Source: an uncultured Chthonomonadaceae bacterium (lineage in GTDB: Bacteria > Armatimonadota > Chthonomonadetes > Chthonomonadales > Chthonomonadaceae). Taken from it: a stretch of 64,000 nt of DNA. The DNA lies in contig CAWFQB010000002.1 in assembly GCA_963817895.1 (NCBI GenBank), forward strand, positions 64,001-128,000, written 5' to 3'. The translations under genes were made by a program, and so were the position numbers. This document shows positions 51,202 through 62,759 of the stretch, in pieces. The notes beneath the pieces were generated by a model. It was not told the origin of the DNA. It saw only the letters and a list, made by a program, of their open reading frames with translations, and did not search any database. How positions within the stretch are numbered: position 1 is the stretch's first letter; every line of letters starts with the position of its first letter.

Positions 51202-52162
51202 TTAATGCTTTGATTTGGCGTGTTCGCGGGCGGCGGTCAGTTGTCCCGCGCTGCCGAGGTACTGGTTGCGGCTGACGATGAATTTAGCATATTCGGCCAT
51301 AAAGATTTTACCGGGCGGGCGCAGGTCGAATTCGGCGGGCTTGTCGCGGAAGAACTCGCGGTGAACCCGCGTCCATACCAGACGGCCATCCGTATCAATG
51401 TTCACTTTGCAGACGCCCAATTTGGCGGCGGGAAGGTACTGCTTCGGGGTCTACGCCCTTCGCGCCCTCTTTCAATTGCCCACCCGCCTGATTGATGCGG
51501 TGTACTTCGTCCTGCGGCACGGATGACGAGCCGTGCATCACGAGCGGCGTGTTGGGGATTTTGGACTGAATGGCTTTGATGCGGTCGAAGTGCAGACCCT
51601 GCCCGCCCGAAAACTTATACGCGCCGTGACTGGTTCCGATGGCGCAGGCGAGGCTGTCGCAGCCGGACTGCTGTACGAACTCCTCGGCTTCGTCAGGATC
51701 GGTCAGGCAGGCGTTCTTTTCATCTACCTTGATGTCCTCTTCCACGCCTCCCAACATCCCCAATTCGGCTTCCACGGAGATGCCTTGCGGATGGGCCGCA
51801 TCCACCACCCGCTTCGTAATCGCGACATTCTCTTCAAATGACTCGTGGGAAGCGTCAATCATCACGGACGAGTAAAATCCGCTGGCAATGCACTCCATGG
51901 CCGTTGCTTCGTCGCCATGATCGAGATGCACTGCAAACAGCGCTTCGGGAAAAATCTCATCCGCAGTGCGGATAATGGCTTCCAGCATGCGCTTGTCGGT
52001 ATATCCCCGCGCGCCTTTGGAAATCTGGATGATAAAGGGGGCCTGCGAATCAATGCAGCCCTGAAACAGCCCCATTGTCTGTTCCAGGTTGTTGATGTTG
52101 TACGCGCCCAGGGCATAGTTGCCGTAAGCGTGTTCAAACAGGGTGCGCGTGGGGACGATCAT
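51202..52162 (-). CDS. fba: Class II fructose-bisphosphate aldolase, frameshift near 51440
   Basis: AYNINN, VHLDHG, SSVMIDAS, VEAELG, AIGTSHGAYK, LVMHGSS; the second frame supplies GVCKVNIDTD. Confidence 0.92.
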
Positions 52163-52177
52163 GAAGGTTCCTCCGGG

Positions 52178-52356
52178 TCAGGTTGTCAGGTTGTTAGTTG
52201 TTAGGTTGTTAGTTTGTCAGGCGTTCAGGTCTGATCGGCTTCATTATAGCCGTTAAGTTGGCGTGGATACAAGTCTTTCCATGAGATAAGGAAAAAGAGG
52301 GCAGAAGACACAAACCTGATGAACTAACAACTAACAACCTGACAACTAACAACCTA
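52178..52356. repeat. Inverted pair of TTGT(C/T)AG-type arrays upstream of fba
   Basis: TCAGGTTGTCAGGTTGTTAGTTGTTAGG... (52178-52221) and AACTAACAACTAACAACCTGACAACTAACAACCT (52322-52355). Confidence 0.8.
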
Positions 52357-52475
52357 CTCATTGGTAATAGTGCTTGAATATGTGCCCTGCGCCATAAATG
52401 CCGCACTTTTACCTGCGCCAGGCGCGAAAATATAATGAATAATAAGAATACTTCCTCTGAAAGGAGAGTGGCTCG

Positions 52476-52745
52476 ATGAATGACAATGTACACGATGTCG
52501 CGACCGCATCCCCGTGCGGTTCCTGCGGCGGCGCCTGTGAGTCCCAACGTATCGCCTTAACATTGAGACGGACGGCCAGCACCTTCGTGCTGATACGGGA
52601 CGTGCCTGCGGATGTCTGTCAGGAGTGTGGGGAGACGTTCTTCTCGCTCTGGACGGCAACCCAGGTGATAACAGCGCTACAGCTCAAACACGCGCCCGAC
52701 AGCATGGCCGTGATGCCCATCTACGACTATCCGCTTGCCGGGTAG
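52476..52745 (+). CDS. YgiT/MqsA-type zinc-finger protein
   Basis: CGSCGG...VLIRDVPADVCQECGETFFS; AAGGAG RBS. Confidence 0.85.
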   Translation: MNDNVHDVATASPCGSCGGACESQRIALTLRRTASTFVLIRDVPADVCQECGETFFSLWTATQVITALQLKHAPDSMAVMPIYDYPLAG

Positions 52746-52923
52746 AAGTGGAGAGCGCCACGCGCCGGTAAGTCGGTTCGGCAGACTGAATTCGTGTCCC
52801 TTTTCGCGCCGTTCGGGCAGTGCCAACTATCCTGAACGTCGTACTCGTCGGCCCTCAAAACACTATCCTTTTGGATTCGCTCCTGTGTCCGCAAAGACAC
52901 AGGAGTTTTTATGTTCAAGGTTG

Positions 52924-55105
52924 TTAGTGTCCGGTTCGCGCCCGGTCACTCCACTTGTGCCACATAGCGGGATCGGCCAGCATTTTAATCGCCAGCCCGC
53001 CCACAACCGAACGCGCCTGAAACCCGACGTAGTTGGCGTCCGGCGTATTGAACCAGTCTGTGAGCGGAACGCGCCGATTGGTGGCGTTGACGAAATCGTA
53101 CAGGGGCGTCACGAGCGAACGGAAATCTTCGGGCGTGGTGGCGAGCGTGGCTGTCCAGACCGTCCAATCCAGTTTGGTATACGCCTTACGGTTGTCGAGC
53201 GGCAGGCCGTACTTGTTCTGCTTCGTCTTATAAAACTCCACTTCCGAATTCGCGACATTGGTGGGAAACAGGTTCAGGCCGAGCAAACGATCCCATACGA
53301 GATTGTACTTCTGGCTCCACGTTTCCGGGCTGCCGTCGAAGGTCAGCTTGTAGTGGTCAGCGGCCTTTGCCATATCCTGCCAGCGCGCGGCGAACTCCCG
53401 CGCGATTTTGCGGTACGCATCGCCCTCGTCTTTATGCCCGGTCATATCGCACAGCAGGGCATACCCGCCCAACGCCTCAATCGCTTTGAGAGACAAATTG
53501 GTGTTGTGGGCGAGATGCCCCGCAAAATCGTCCGTGCAGAGTTGATTTTCGGGGTCAAGTCCCCTGTCGCGCAAATACGCGGCCCACCGGGTCAGAACGG
53601 GCCAGTATTTGTTGGCGTAATCGGCGTTGCCATCCGCCTTCGCCATTGCCGCCAGCATCAGGATCATGTTGCCGGTTTCTTCTACGGGCATCTGGTCGCG
53701 CTCGTCGCGTTCGCCGCCGCCATACACCTGCCCATTGGCAAGCGGGTACTGGCCCAGATCGTGGGGCGCGAAGGGGAATGTCCAGCGGCTCGACCGGGAG
53801 TAATCCAGCACGGGCGTCAATTGCGCCCGCAGCAGATTGGTGTTGAACAGCAGGAAAAACGGCGAGGACGGGTACAGCACATCTACAGTCGAAATGCAGC
53901 CGTTGCTGAAGTTCTCTTTCGGGAACAGCAGGGGGTTGCCCTGCGCGTCGGCAGCCAACCCGTGCGCCGCCCAACACTCCCGATACGCGAGGGCGACCAG
54001 TCGCTGATACCGTTCGCCGCCCTGTTTCGCAAGGTCGGCCATGAGTTCGCTGTCGAACTTTTTGCACTGCGCGTCTACGGTTTTGTACTGCTGTTCGGCT
54101 GTTGTCAGCAGTTGTTCCGCCGTCATGCCGTTGCGTTTCCAGTAGGGCAGCAGATTTTTGCCAAGCAACTGCGCTTCGTACAATTCGTCATAGGCCAGCA
54201 GAATGTGGCGCGACACGGGATTTTTGCCCACCGTGCCGAGCGAAATGGTGTTGGTAATGGCGGGCCAGCCGTTGCGGGCGGGGCGCGGAAACGTCAGCAG
54301 TTCCAAATCCGGCTTGCTCAACCCGGCGAAAATATCGCGGCTCGCATCGGCAGGCATAACGCCCTGCTTCGGGCTGCCCTGATTTTGCGGCACGGCCACA
54401 TAGAAATAGCCATAATCAATGCGCAGGTTGTCGCCCGATTTTGCCAGAACCTTCTGGTCTTCGGTTCCGATTTTGCCGACAAGCAACCCATTGCGCGTGA
54501 ACGTGGTTTCGTTGACGGCCTGATCGGTCGTGTTGACCGCCCATTCGCCCGTGCAATCGAAATACAGCGTTGCCGGATGGCTTTTGCCGTCAATGGATTC
54601 CGCGCTCCACGTTACATAGGTGACGGGGCGCGACAGAACTTCCAGATTGGTGGGCAGAAGCGGCGACAAAAACGTGACGTTGAGCCGAACTCCGCCGCCC
54701 TCCATGTGGTAAATGCTGCGCGTGGGGTAGATTTCCAGCCCGGTAAACGCCATAGCAGGCACGGCTTTGGGTTCCGGCCCCGCCCAGCGATAAGGCTTGT
54801 CGTCAATGCGGATTAAGCCCTCCAGCGGCTGCACGGCCCCGGTCCAGTGCCGCGTAAAGTCATCCGTCAGGCTAGTTGGCGTTCGACCACACGCTGAAAT
54901 AGGGGCTGTGGGTAACGAGCGGCACAGAGGGGGGGCGAAAATCCCCACGCTCTTCAGTGGGAGATTTGGGTATGTTGCGTTTCTGCGCGTCCGCGTTTAG
55001 TGGCAACGCGAACAGGGACGCGGACAACGCGAACGCGCATGCCGTCAGCGACAATCCACTCCGTTTACCATCTCCTGTGCGCCTTAACAATTGAAAAAGC
55101 CTCAT
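52924..55105 (-). CDS. Secreted GtaA-like glutaminase / glycoside-hydrolase-like protein (DUF5127/DUF4965), frameshift near 54885
   Basis: The N-terminal ORF gives a signal peptide and [18 protein letters not shown]. The main ORF has [40 protein letters not shown] and WSQKYNL. Confidence 0.85.
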
Positions 55106-55166
55106 GTTTAGTCCTTATATCCGTTGCATTATATGCAATAACACTCTAACACGATAGAATGCACAG

Positions 55167-55245
55167 GTAGGGGCGTTGCTTGCTGCGCCTTCTTCGAGGA
55201 GGGTTCAGCCTTCTTCGAGGAGGGTTCAGCAAGCAGAACCCCTAC
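55167..55245. repeat. GTAG-type REP doublet (copy 3) with an internal 21-bp tandem duplication
   Basis: GTAGGGGCGTTGCTTGCTGCGCC...GGAGGGTTCAGCAAGCAGAACCCCTAC; GCCTTCTTCGAGGAGGGTTCA occurs twice (55187, 55208). Confidence 0.85.
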
Positions 55246-55285
55246 AAATTATCCTTACATTCTACCAGTTCAGAGTAATAGGTTC

Positions 55286-56234
55286 TTAGAGACGGCCACT
55301 CTGGAGGGCTGTTTCCCCGGCTTTCCCCAGATACTTGTCGAACCAGTCCGCCAGTTTGGGGAAATCCGTTTCAATACCGGGCCAGCCGTGCGCTTTGCCG
55401 GGCCGTATTTCCAACTGGTGTGGAACTTTCAGCGTTTCCAACTTCGCCATGAGAATCTGGGACTGCTGGTAGCGGTACAAGCATGTCGGCGTCGCCGTGA
55501 ATGATGAGCGTGGGCGGCATTTTGGCCGTGACGCTGTAAATCGGGGACGTTTCGCGCGCGATGCGCTCACGGTCGGCTTCGGGAGTTGCGTCGGTCACGC
55601 CGAAGGCCGTCCAAAAGCCTCGAAGCGTGTCAATCTTGACGGCGTTGGCTCCGGTCTTGCCGTAATTGAGAAAATCTGTTGGCGGAAAGAAGCAGGCAAC
55701 GGCCTGAACGCGGCTGGAAACGCGGTCTACCGGGTCTTTGGCAGTGGGGGAACCCTCGGTTCCCAACGCGCCTGCCATGAGGGACAAATGCCCGCCCGAA
55801 CTTGCGCCCGAAATGCCAAGCCGGTTCGGGTCAACTCCATATTCCGCCGCATGAGTGCGGATAAAGCGAACGGAGCGCTGAATGTCCTGCACGATTTCAG
55901 GGATGGTGAATTTGGGCTGCGTTCCGTGAACAACCTCGAACACGGTCTGCCCCCTGTCCGTAAAGAACTTCGCCACGCCAGGATTGATAGCCTCATGCGA
56001 GGACACCCATCCGCCGCTGACCATGAAGAGGACGCCGATGCCATTGGGTTTGGCAGGCTTGAAGACATCCATCGTCAGCGCGACGCCCATCTTGTGTCCG
56101 TAAATAACGTCGCTAATGCGCGTAGGTTCGCCCTGCCGCGCTCGAAAAGCCCCGTTTTGCTGCGCCCGCGCCCCGCATCCAGGCAGCAGCAACAGCAGCG
56201 CCCACGCCAGAAATCCCCATCGTAGTCTACGCAT
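55286..56234 (-). CDS. Secreted alpha/beta hydrolase (esterase, BD-FAE-like), frameshift near 55480
   Basis: VSGGW, GASSGGHL nucleophile elbow, IHGDAD; the second frame supplies the catalytic-His motif GKAHGW. Confidence 0.85.
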
Positions 56235-56429
56235 CCTCTTGTACCTTTCTGTGATTGTTGATGTTCGGCAAGAATATACCCGAAAATAGGAGACTCGGTG
56301 GAACGTCACTAAAGACAGGCGTTTTCAACGCCCGGTCAGCCAGAAGGTGTCTTTTATTGTACGCATACAGGCCGGGAGTGTTTCCGCCGCGCAAGTTGCC
56401 GGGTATACTGGAAGGGAAAAGGGAAGAGT

Positions 56430-56493
56430 AGATAGGAGATACGAGATACAAGCCCAACACCCGAACGCCTGAACACCGAACACCGAACACCGA
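56430..56493. repeat. Adjacent GAGATA(C/G) and GAACACC heptamer arrays in a 5' leader
   Basis: AGATAGGAGATACGAGATA followed by (GAACACC)n variants. Confidence 0.7.
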
Positions 56494-56517
56494 AAGTTGT
56501 AGGAAAGAACATCTACT

Positions 56518-57360
56518 TTGAAGATTACAAAGGCTGTGATTACGGCGGCGGGGCGCAATCAACGCGCCCTGCCCCTGCAAATGCTCATAGATCGCGATGG
56601 GACGCAAAAATCCGTGCTTGCCATTCTGCTGAACGAGACGTGGCAGGCGGGCATGGAGGAGTGCTGCGTTGTGGTTTGTCCCGGCGATGAGGCCGCGTAC
56701 CGCGACGCGGCGGGCGAACACGCGCCGCGCCTGCACTTTGTCGCGCAATCCGAACCGCGCGGCTACGGCCATGCCGTGTACTGCGCCCGCGATTGGGTGA
56801 AAGACCAGCCGTTTCTGCACATGATCGGCGACCACATCTTTGTCAGCGATACAGGCGATTGCTGCGCGCGGCAATTAGTAGAAACCGCCGAATCGCAAGC
56901 CTGCGCCGTGTCCGGCGTACAGCCCACGCGAGAAACGCTTCTGCCCCTGTTCGGCACGGTCGGCGGGCAGCGCGTAAAAGGCACACAGGACTTGTTCACG
57001 ATTGAACAGGTCATAGAAAAGCCCACGCCCACGCAGGCCGAGCAGACCCTGTTCGTGCCGGGTTTGCGCACGGGACACTATCTGTGCTTTTTCGGCATCC
57101 ACGTCCTCACGCCGCTTGTGATGTCTCTGCTGGAACAGCACATTGCGGACGCGCCGGATACCGCTTCTATCGCCCTGTCGCCCGTCCTCAACGAACTGGC
57201 GCAGCGCGAACGCTATCTGGCTCTGGACACGCAGGGACGCCGCTATCCCCTCGATGCCCGCTACGGCCTGCTCACCGCCCAACTCGCCCTCGCCCTCAAC
57301 GGACAGGACAGCGAAGAGGTTCTCGCCGGTTTATGCGAACTGCTGGCGCAACGAAAGTAG
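56518..57360 (+). CDS. GalU-like sugar-phosphate nucleotidyltransferase with a divergent signature
   Basis: [42 protein letters not shown] start with an AGGA RBS. Confidence 0.8.
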   Translation: MKITKAVITAAGRNQRALPLQMLIDRDGTQKSVLAILLNETWQAGMEECCVVVCPGDEAAYRDAAGEHAPRLHFVAQSEPRGYGHAVYCARDWVKDQPFLHMIGDHIFVSDTGDCCARQLVETAESQACAVSGVQPTRETLLPLFGTVGGQRVKGTQDLFTIEQVIEKPTPTQAEQTLFVPGLRTGHYLCFFGIHVLTPLVMSLLEQHIADAPDTASIALSPVLNELAQRERYLALDTQGRRYPLDARYGLLTAQLALALNGQDSEEVLAGLCELLAQRK

Positions 57361-57384
57361 GGTTTTAGGGTTTTAGGGTTCTAA

Positions 57385-58513
57385 TGGACTAATCAGTTAA
57401 ACATGGTACATAGCACTGGAAAGTTGTGCTGTTCCAGAAGCGAGCAAGGAAATTCTGCTGTCTTCAAGTAGGTTTCGAACTCTTCAGCTAAAACGGCAAG
57501 CGTCGCACATTGATGGTTGTGTCCGACCGCTTTTCTGGCGGCTTTCCAGACATGTTCCTGCGGGTTCAACTCCGGGCAACCGGGTGGAAACCACAGGACT
57601 TCCAAGCGCGGGTTCGCTTCCAGAACCGCGCGAACCGCTTCGCCTTTGTGCCAGGGAGCGCGATCCCATAACAGCAGAAGAGGTAAGTTCGGGTAGGCGT
57701 CGAGCAACTTCTGCAAGAACAAGGCGGATACCTCGCTGTTCATCAAGGCGGAGCGCAACAGGGTTTCCTTGCCGGTTGCCATATTGAGTGCTCCGTAGAA
57801 GTGCGTGTTGTCCCGACTGGCACTTACGGGCACAACCGGCGTGTGGCCTTTCTTGGCCCACACGCGCATCAAGGTGGCTTGCAGGTACGCGCTGGCTTCG
57901 TCGCCCGCGAGTAAGATCGTCTTGGGCGCGTTTAACGCCACATCGAGGATTTTTTTTCCAGGTGTTTCTCGAATTCCATGAGCTTGGTCGCGTTGTGGCT
58001 CTTATATTGTTTCTCAGGACGCTGGTAGCTCATCTCGCAGGTACGCAGCAGGGTGCGTAAGGACGTCCGGCTCTGGTATACAACGTTGTAGTCACGGGCT
58101 AAGAGGGTGACAAGATCGGAGACACTCCAAAACTGCCCGTCCCCCTGACATTTCTCCTTGCCCAACAACTGAGTGGGAGTGTAGCGATGCAACTGGTTCT
58201 GCAAGGCTTCGAGTTGTTCGCCCGATAGACGCGCCCGGTTGCCGCCGCGTCGGGCATCCACGAGCGCGGTGAGGCCGTGTTCCTGATAGGCGCGTGTCCA
58301 GCAGAATAGGCGAGTACGGCTACACCCGCAGATGTCTTGGATTTCGGCAACAGAGTAGCCCAAGCCATACAGACGAACAGCTTGGTAGCGGCTTTTAGTG
58401 TTAGCATCCTTGCAATGCAGGTATGCAGCGTTCAATGCGTTGGCGTCGGCTTCATTGAGGTGAAAAGTTCGTTGGCTCATACCTCAGTGTACCATGTTTA
58501 ACTGATTTGTCCA
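57385..58513 (-). mobile_element. Complete IS630-family insertion sequence
   Basis: 26-bp TIRs TGGACTAATCAGTTAAACATGGTACA / TGTACCATGTTTAACTGATTTGTCCA with 1 mismatch; flanked by a TA(A) duplication. Confidence 0.93.
57393..58480 (-). CDS. IS630 transposase in two ORFs (HTH and DDE) joined by a probable -1 frameshift
   Basis: OrfA 57932-58480 (HTH, winged helix). OrfB 57393-57941 (GDEA, WDRAPWH, PELNPQEHVW). A8 slippery run on the coding strand at 57950-57957. Confidence 0.92.
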
Positions 58514-58596
58514 TAAGGTTTTAGGAATGGGGTTCAATTTTGCTGATAACCTGTTCCCTGTTACCCAACATCCTAAAACCCTAAAACCCTAAAACC

Positions 58597-61500
58597 ATGA
58601 CTCACCACCTTGTAAACATCATCACGTCCGCCGATCCCGACATGCGCGACCGTTCGCTGGCGGAGTTTGCCGAACGCGCCTCTTTGGAAGAACTGCTGGC
58701 GGAGTGTGATGCGCTGGAAACCCTGCGCAGCCACAGCGAGAACCTGTACGAACGGGTTCGCGCCTGCTTCTTTTTGTATGCCATTCACCGCTTTCATCTG
58801 CCCGCCAAACCCGCGCTACCACCAAGCGGGCATTTGCCGTTCGACAGTTACCTGTTGCTGCTGGAACGCCGTTTTGAGGAGGCGCTGACCCTTCTGCTGC
58901 ACATTCAGCGCGAACAGGGGCCGAGCGACACCCTTTCCAGCGCCCTTGCGTCGGCGTACCATCGTCTCGCGTTCCAGAATCTGGCGGATCAGGTGCGGCG
59001 CAGCGTCCGCTCGGCAAAGGGCAACCAGTGGATGTTCCGCATCGGCCATCCCGCCGACCAGCCGCTTTGTATCCGCCCCGAACTGACCCAAATCGCGCCC
59101 GGAAGCCCGTACCCCATCCTGCGCGAAACCACCCCCGTCCGCATGGACCTGACCCATAGCGCGTGGAGCGACATTTTTTTCCTCGGCATGGACTACCCCG
59201 AAGGCGCGCGCGTCCTGAACGTGTCCATTGATCTCGCAGTGCGTGGGGAAGAAAAGGAGAAAAGGAGAAAAGGAGAAAAGGAGACAGAAGAAACCGATTC
59301 ATCCCTCATCCCTCATCCCTCATCCCTGAATATCCCCCGTCCGCCTGTTGAGGCTTACCTGCGCGTCATTGAAGAGCCGGTTCTGCGGCTGGCGAGCGTG
59401 GATTTGGGCGTGTCCGCCGATATTACGCATCTGGACGAGGTGTTCGACTTTGCGCGGGATTATCTGGGACTGCTGAAAGCCGCGCTGATCGCGTCCGGGC
59501 TGGTTCCGCCGGGAATCGAAGGCTCGGAGCAGGATTTGGGCGATTTGCTGGCGCGGCTGGTGGGGCCGGGTAAGGGGCTGGAATTGGTCAGCAACGTCAA
59601 CGGCATCCCCAAAGGTTCGCGCCTTGCCGTGTCCACCAATCTGCTGGCCGCGCTGATTACGGTTTGTATGAGGGCGACAAGTCAGACTGGCGATATTGAA
59701 GGGCCATTGCAGGAGAATGAGCGGCGACTGGTTGCGGCCCGCGCTATTTTGGGTGAATGGCTGGCGGGTTCCGGGGGCGGCTGGCAGGATTCGGGCGGCG
59801 TGTGGCCGGGTATCAAACTGATTGAGGGGCAGGATGCGCGGGAGGGCGATCCCGAATGGGGCGTCAGCCGGGGGCGATTGTTGCCCACGCACAGGATTCT
59901 GGATCGGCAGGACGCATCGGACGAAACCCGGCGCAAATTGCAGGACAGCCTTGTTCTGGTACACGGCGGCATGGCGCAAAACGTCGGGCCGATTCTGGAA
60001 ATGGTCACGGAAAAATACCTGCTGCGCGAACAGCCGGAATGGACGGCGCGGCACGAGTCGCAGCAGGTGCTGGAAGACATTCTTGTAGACTTGCAGAGCG
60101 GCGACATTCAGGGACTGGCGGACGCGACCACGCGCAACTTCTTCGGCCCCATACAAACCATTATTCCGTGGGCAAGCAACCTGTATACGGAAACTCTGAT
60201 TGAGCGGGTGCGGCAGGAATTCGGCGCGGATTTCTGGGGCTTCTGGATGCTGGGCGGCATGTCGGGCGGCGGCATGGGTTTCATCTTCGCGCCCGAACGC
60301 AAACAAGAGGCGCAGGCAAAACTACAGCAGATTATGTCGCAAACGCGCCGCAAGTTGGAACACGCCCTGCCGTTCGCCATGGAACCCGTTGTGTATGATT
60401 TTGCTATTAACGAACAGGGAACGACGGGTACGCTGCTGAACGCCTTGAACGCGCCCCTGCCACCCGCCTACTACACCATGATGATTCCCCAACTCATGCG
60501 TCTCGACCCGCGCAGCCTGTCACTGTCGCGCCGCGCGGAACTGGAAGCCTTCGGCGCTGCCTGCCGGACGCGCCCCGAACTCAGCGGCACGGTGCAAACC
60601 CTCGTTGACCGACTGCTGCCCGAACAGGCGAAAGAGGCCGGAACCAGGCAGGACTTGCAAACCTTGCTGCGGGAAAACGGCTTCGACCCGGTTCAGCACG
60701 AGCGCATCCGGCAGGACTTGCGGCATGGGCGCATCGGATTGGCGCAAAATCGTCTGCCTGTCAGCAGCGACATTCGGGACGTGGAACCCGGCGATGTTCT
60801 GGACGGCATAAGGGCGGTTTCGGACGATATGCGGCTGTTGGGGGAACAGGCGTTGCGGGCAGGACAGGTTGCGGTTGTCACGCTGGCGGCAGGCATCGGC
60901 AGTCGGTGGACGCAGGGCGCGGGCGTGGTCAAAGCCTTGCATCCGTTCGCCAAACTGGGCGGCAAACACCGCGCGTTTATTGAAACCCATCTGGCGAAAA
61001 GCCGCAAAACCGGGACGCAGTTCGGGGCGGATTTGCCCCACATTTTCACCACAAGTTATATGACGCACGGGCCGATAGAGATCGTATCTGAAGGCAGAAA
61101 ACAACTACGGTTATGCCGGCCCGCTGTTGCTGTCGCCCGGACGCGCCATTGGCCTGCGCCTTGTGCCGACCGAGCGCGATTTGCGGTTCGCGTGGGAGGA
61201 GATGCCGCAGCAGATGCTGGACGCGCAGGCGCAAAAGATGCGCGAAAGCGGCCATGTCGCCCTGATCGGTTGGGCGCACAGCGTGGGTGAAGCCTCCGAC
61301 TACACGGACAACCTGCCCGGACAGTGCCTGCATCCGGTCGGCCACTGGTACGAAATTCCCAACCTGCTACGCAACGGCGTCCTCGCCGGCCTGCTGCAAT
61401 CCCGACCCCAATTGCAATATCTGCTGATGCACAACATTGACACCCTGGGCGCGAACGTGGATGCGGGACTGCTTGGCGCATTTATTCAACAGGGCGCGAC

Positions 61501-61990
61501 GCTTGCCATTGAAGTGATGCCGCGCCGTCTGGAGGATCGGGGCGGCGGGCTGGCGCGCGTGGACGGCAAATTGCGGCTCGTGGAGGGGCTGGCAATGCCC
61601 CGCGAAGAAGCCGAGTTCGCGCTCACCTACTACAATTCGCTGACAAGCTGGATACACATTGACGGCCTGCTGTCTGCCTTCGGCCTGACTCGCGACACCC
61701 TGCATGACGAAGCGCAGGTGACGGCGGGAATCCGCGCCCTCGCGTCCCGTATGCCCACCTATGTAACCTTGAAGGACGTAAAAAAACGGTGGGGACACGG
61801 ACACGAAGACGTATTCCCGGTTACGCAATTCGAGAAACTATGGGGTGACATGACTGCCCTGCCCGACCTGAACACCCGCTTCATCGCTGTGTCGCGGATG
61901 CGCGGGCAGCAGCTCAAAGAGCAGGCGCAACTCGACGGCTGGCTCCGAGACGGCAGCGCGGCCCACATCGAATCCCTCTGCCAGTGGTGA
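58597..61990 (+). CDS. Fused GHMP (fucokinase-like) sugar kinase and UDPGP-family pyrophosphorylase, frameshift near 61081
   Basis: [39 protein letters not shown]; then [29 protein letters not shown] and QFEKLWGD in the next frame. Confidence 0.82.
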
Positions 61991-62039
61991 AACAACGTTC
62001 GTCCAAACCGAAAGTTTTACTGATAGGAGTACCAGAAGT

Positions 62040-62583
62040 ATGGAAGATGACCTGACAGAAACAGACAAAGTTCGCTTTCTCCGTCTCACGAATGTTACGC
62101 GCGAAGAGGACGCGCTACAGAACTGCATCCTTGCCGCCTTTCGGCGGAACAAAATCTACCAAGACAATGTTTTGCAGTCCGAGCGTTATGAACTACGCAA
62201 TGATCTCAAAGCGGAGTTACGCAACTTATCAGGATCCTACCTGTTGGGTGGGGTTAGTGAAGCTGATCATGAGGCAAACATTCAGCATTTATCGGATGTG
62301 CTTTCTGCAAAACATGGCGCAATGTTGACAGATGGCAGATTCAAGATTGGAACAAGCCAGAAGGCTTTGAATCTTTACCTCAAGTTTTTGTGGTGCCTTG
62401 ACCACTTGCCTGATGAACCCGTACACTGCCCTGTTGACCGAATTATCCTTACAAGAGTTCTCATTTACGGGGCGTGGACTCAACTTGATGACATTCAGAG
62501 CTACCGCGAATGGATCAGCAGAATACGAGCCGCAGTCGAACCTCAATCTCTTTTCAACATGGGAACTTGGCGCATGGCGGTGA
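62040..62583 (+). CDS. AT-richer hypothetical protein, probable frameshift near 62555 (uncorrected ORF runs to 62678)
   Basis: AGGAG RBS; motif-like IGTSQKALNLYLKFLW...HCPVDRIIL; the alternate frame ends STWELGAWR*. Confidence 0.6.
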
Positions 62584-62717
62584 CATTAGCGGCAAAGAAG
62601 CAACGCCATAATGGTTCTATGATCTACTTAACATGGCGACTTTGGCGGGCTAATGAGCAAAGCGCAAACAGGAAGTAAGGAAAAGCCGCTTGACATCTCT
62701 TACAGCGCGTGTTTTCG

Positions 62718-62726
62718 TGGTATAAT
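62718..62726 (+). promoter_or_regulatory. Extended -10 element for the RES toxin-antitoxin operon
   Basis: TGGTATAAT, 34 bp upstream of the ATG at 62760; GAGGGGG RBS. Confidence 0.55.
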
Positions 62727-62759
62727 GAAACTAATACGGCTGTGAGGGGGAACGCTTTA

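Noticed and set aside
57358..58596. Real telomere or eukaryotic contamination (TTTTAGGG)
   Set aside because: There are only a few units, embedded between bacterial genes, and they fit the window-wide inverted short-repeat pattern.
62690..62726. Perfect TTGACA / TATAAT promoter pair
   Set aside because: The spacer is 25 bp, which is too long; only the extended -10 was kept.
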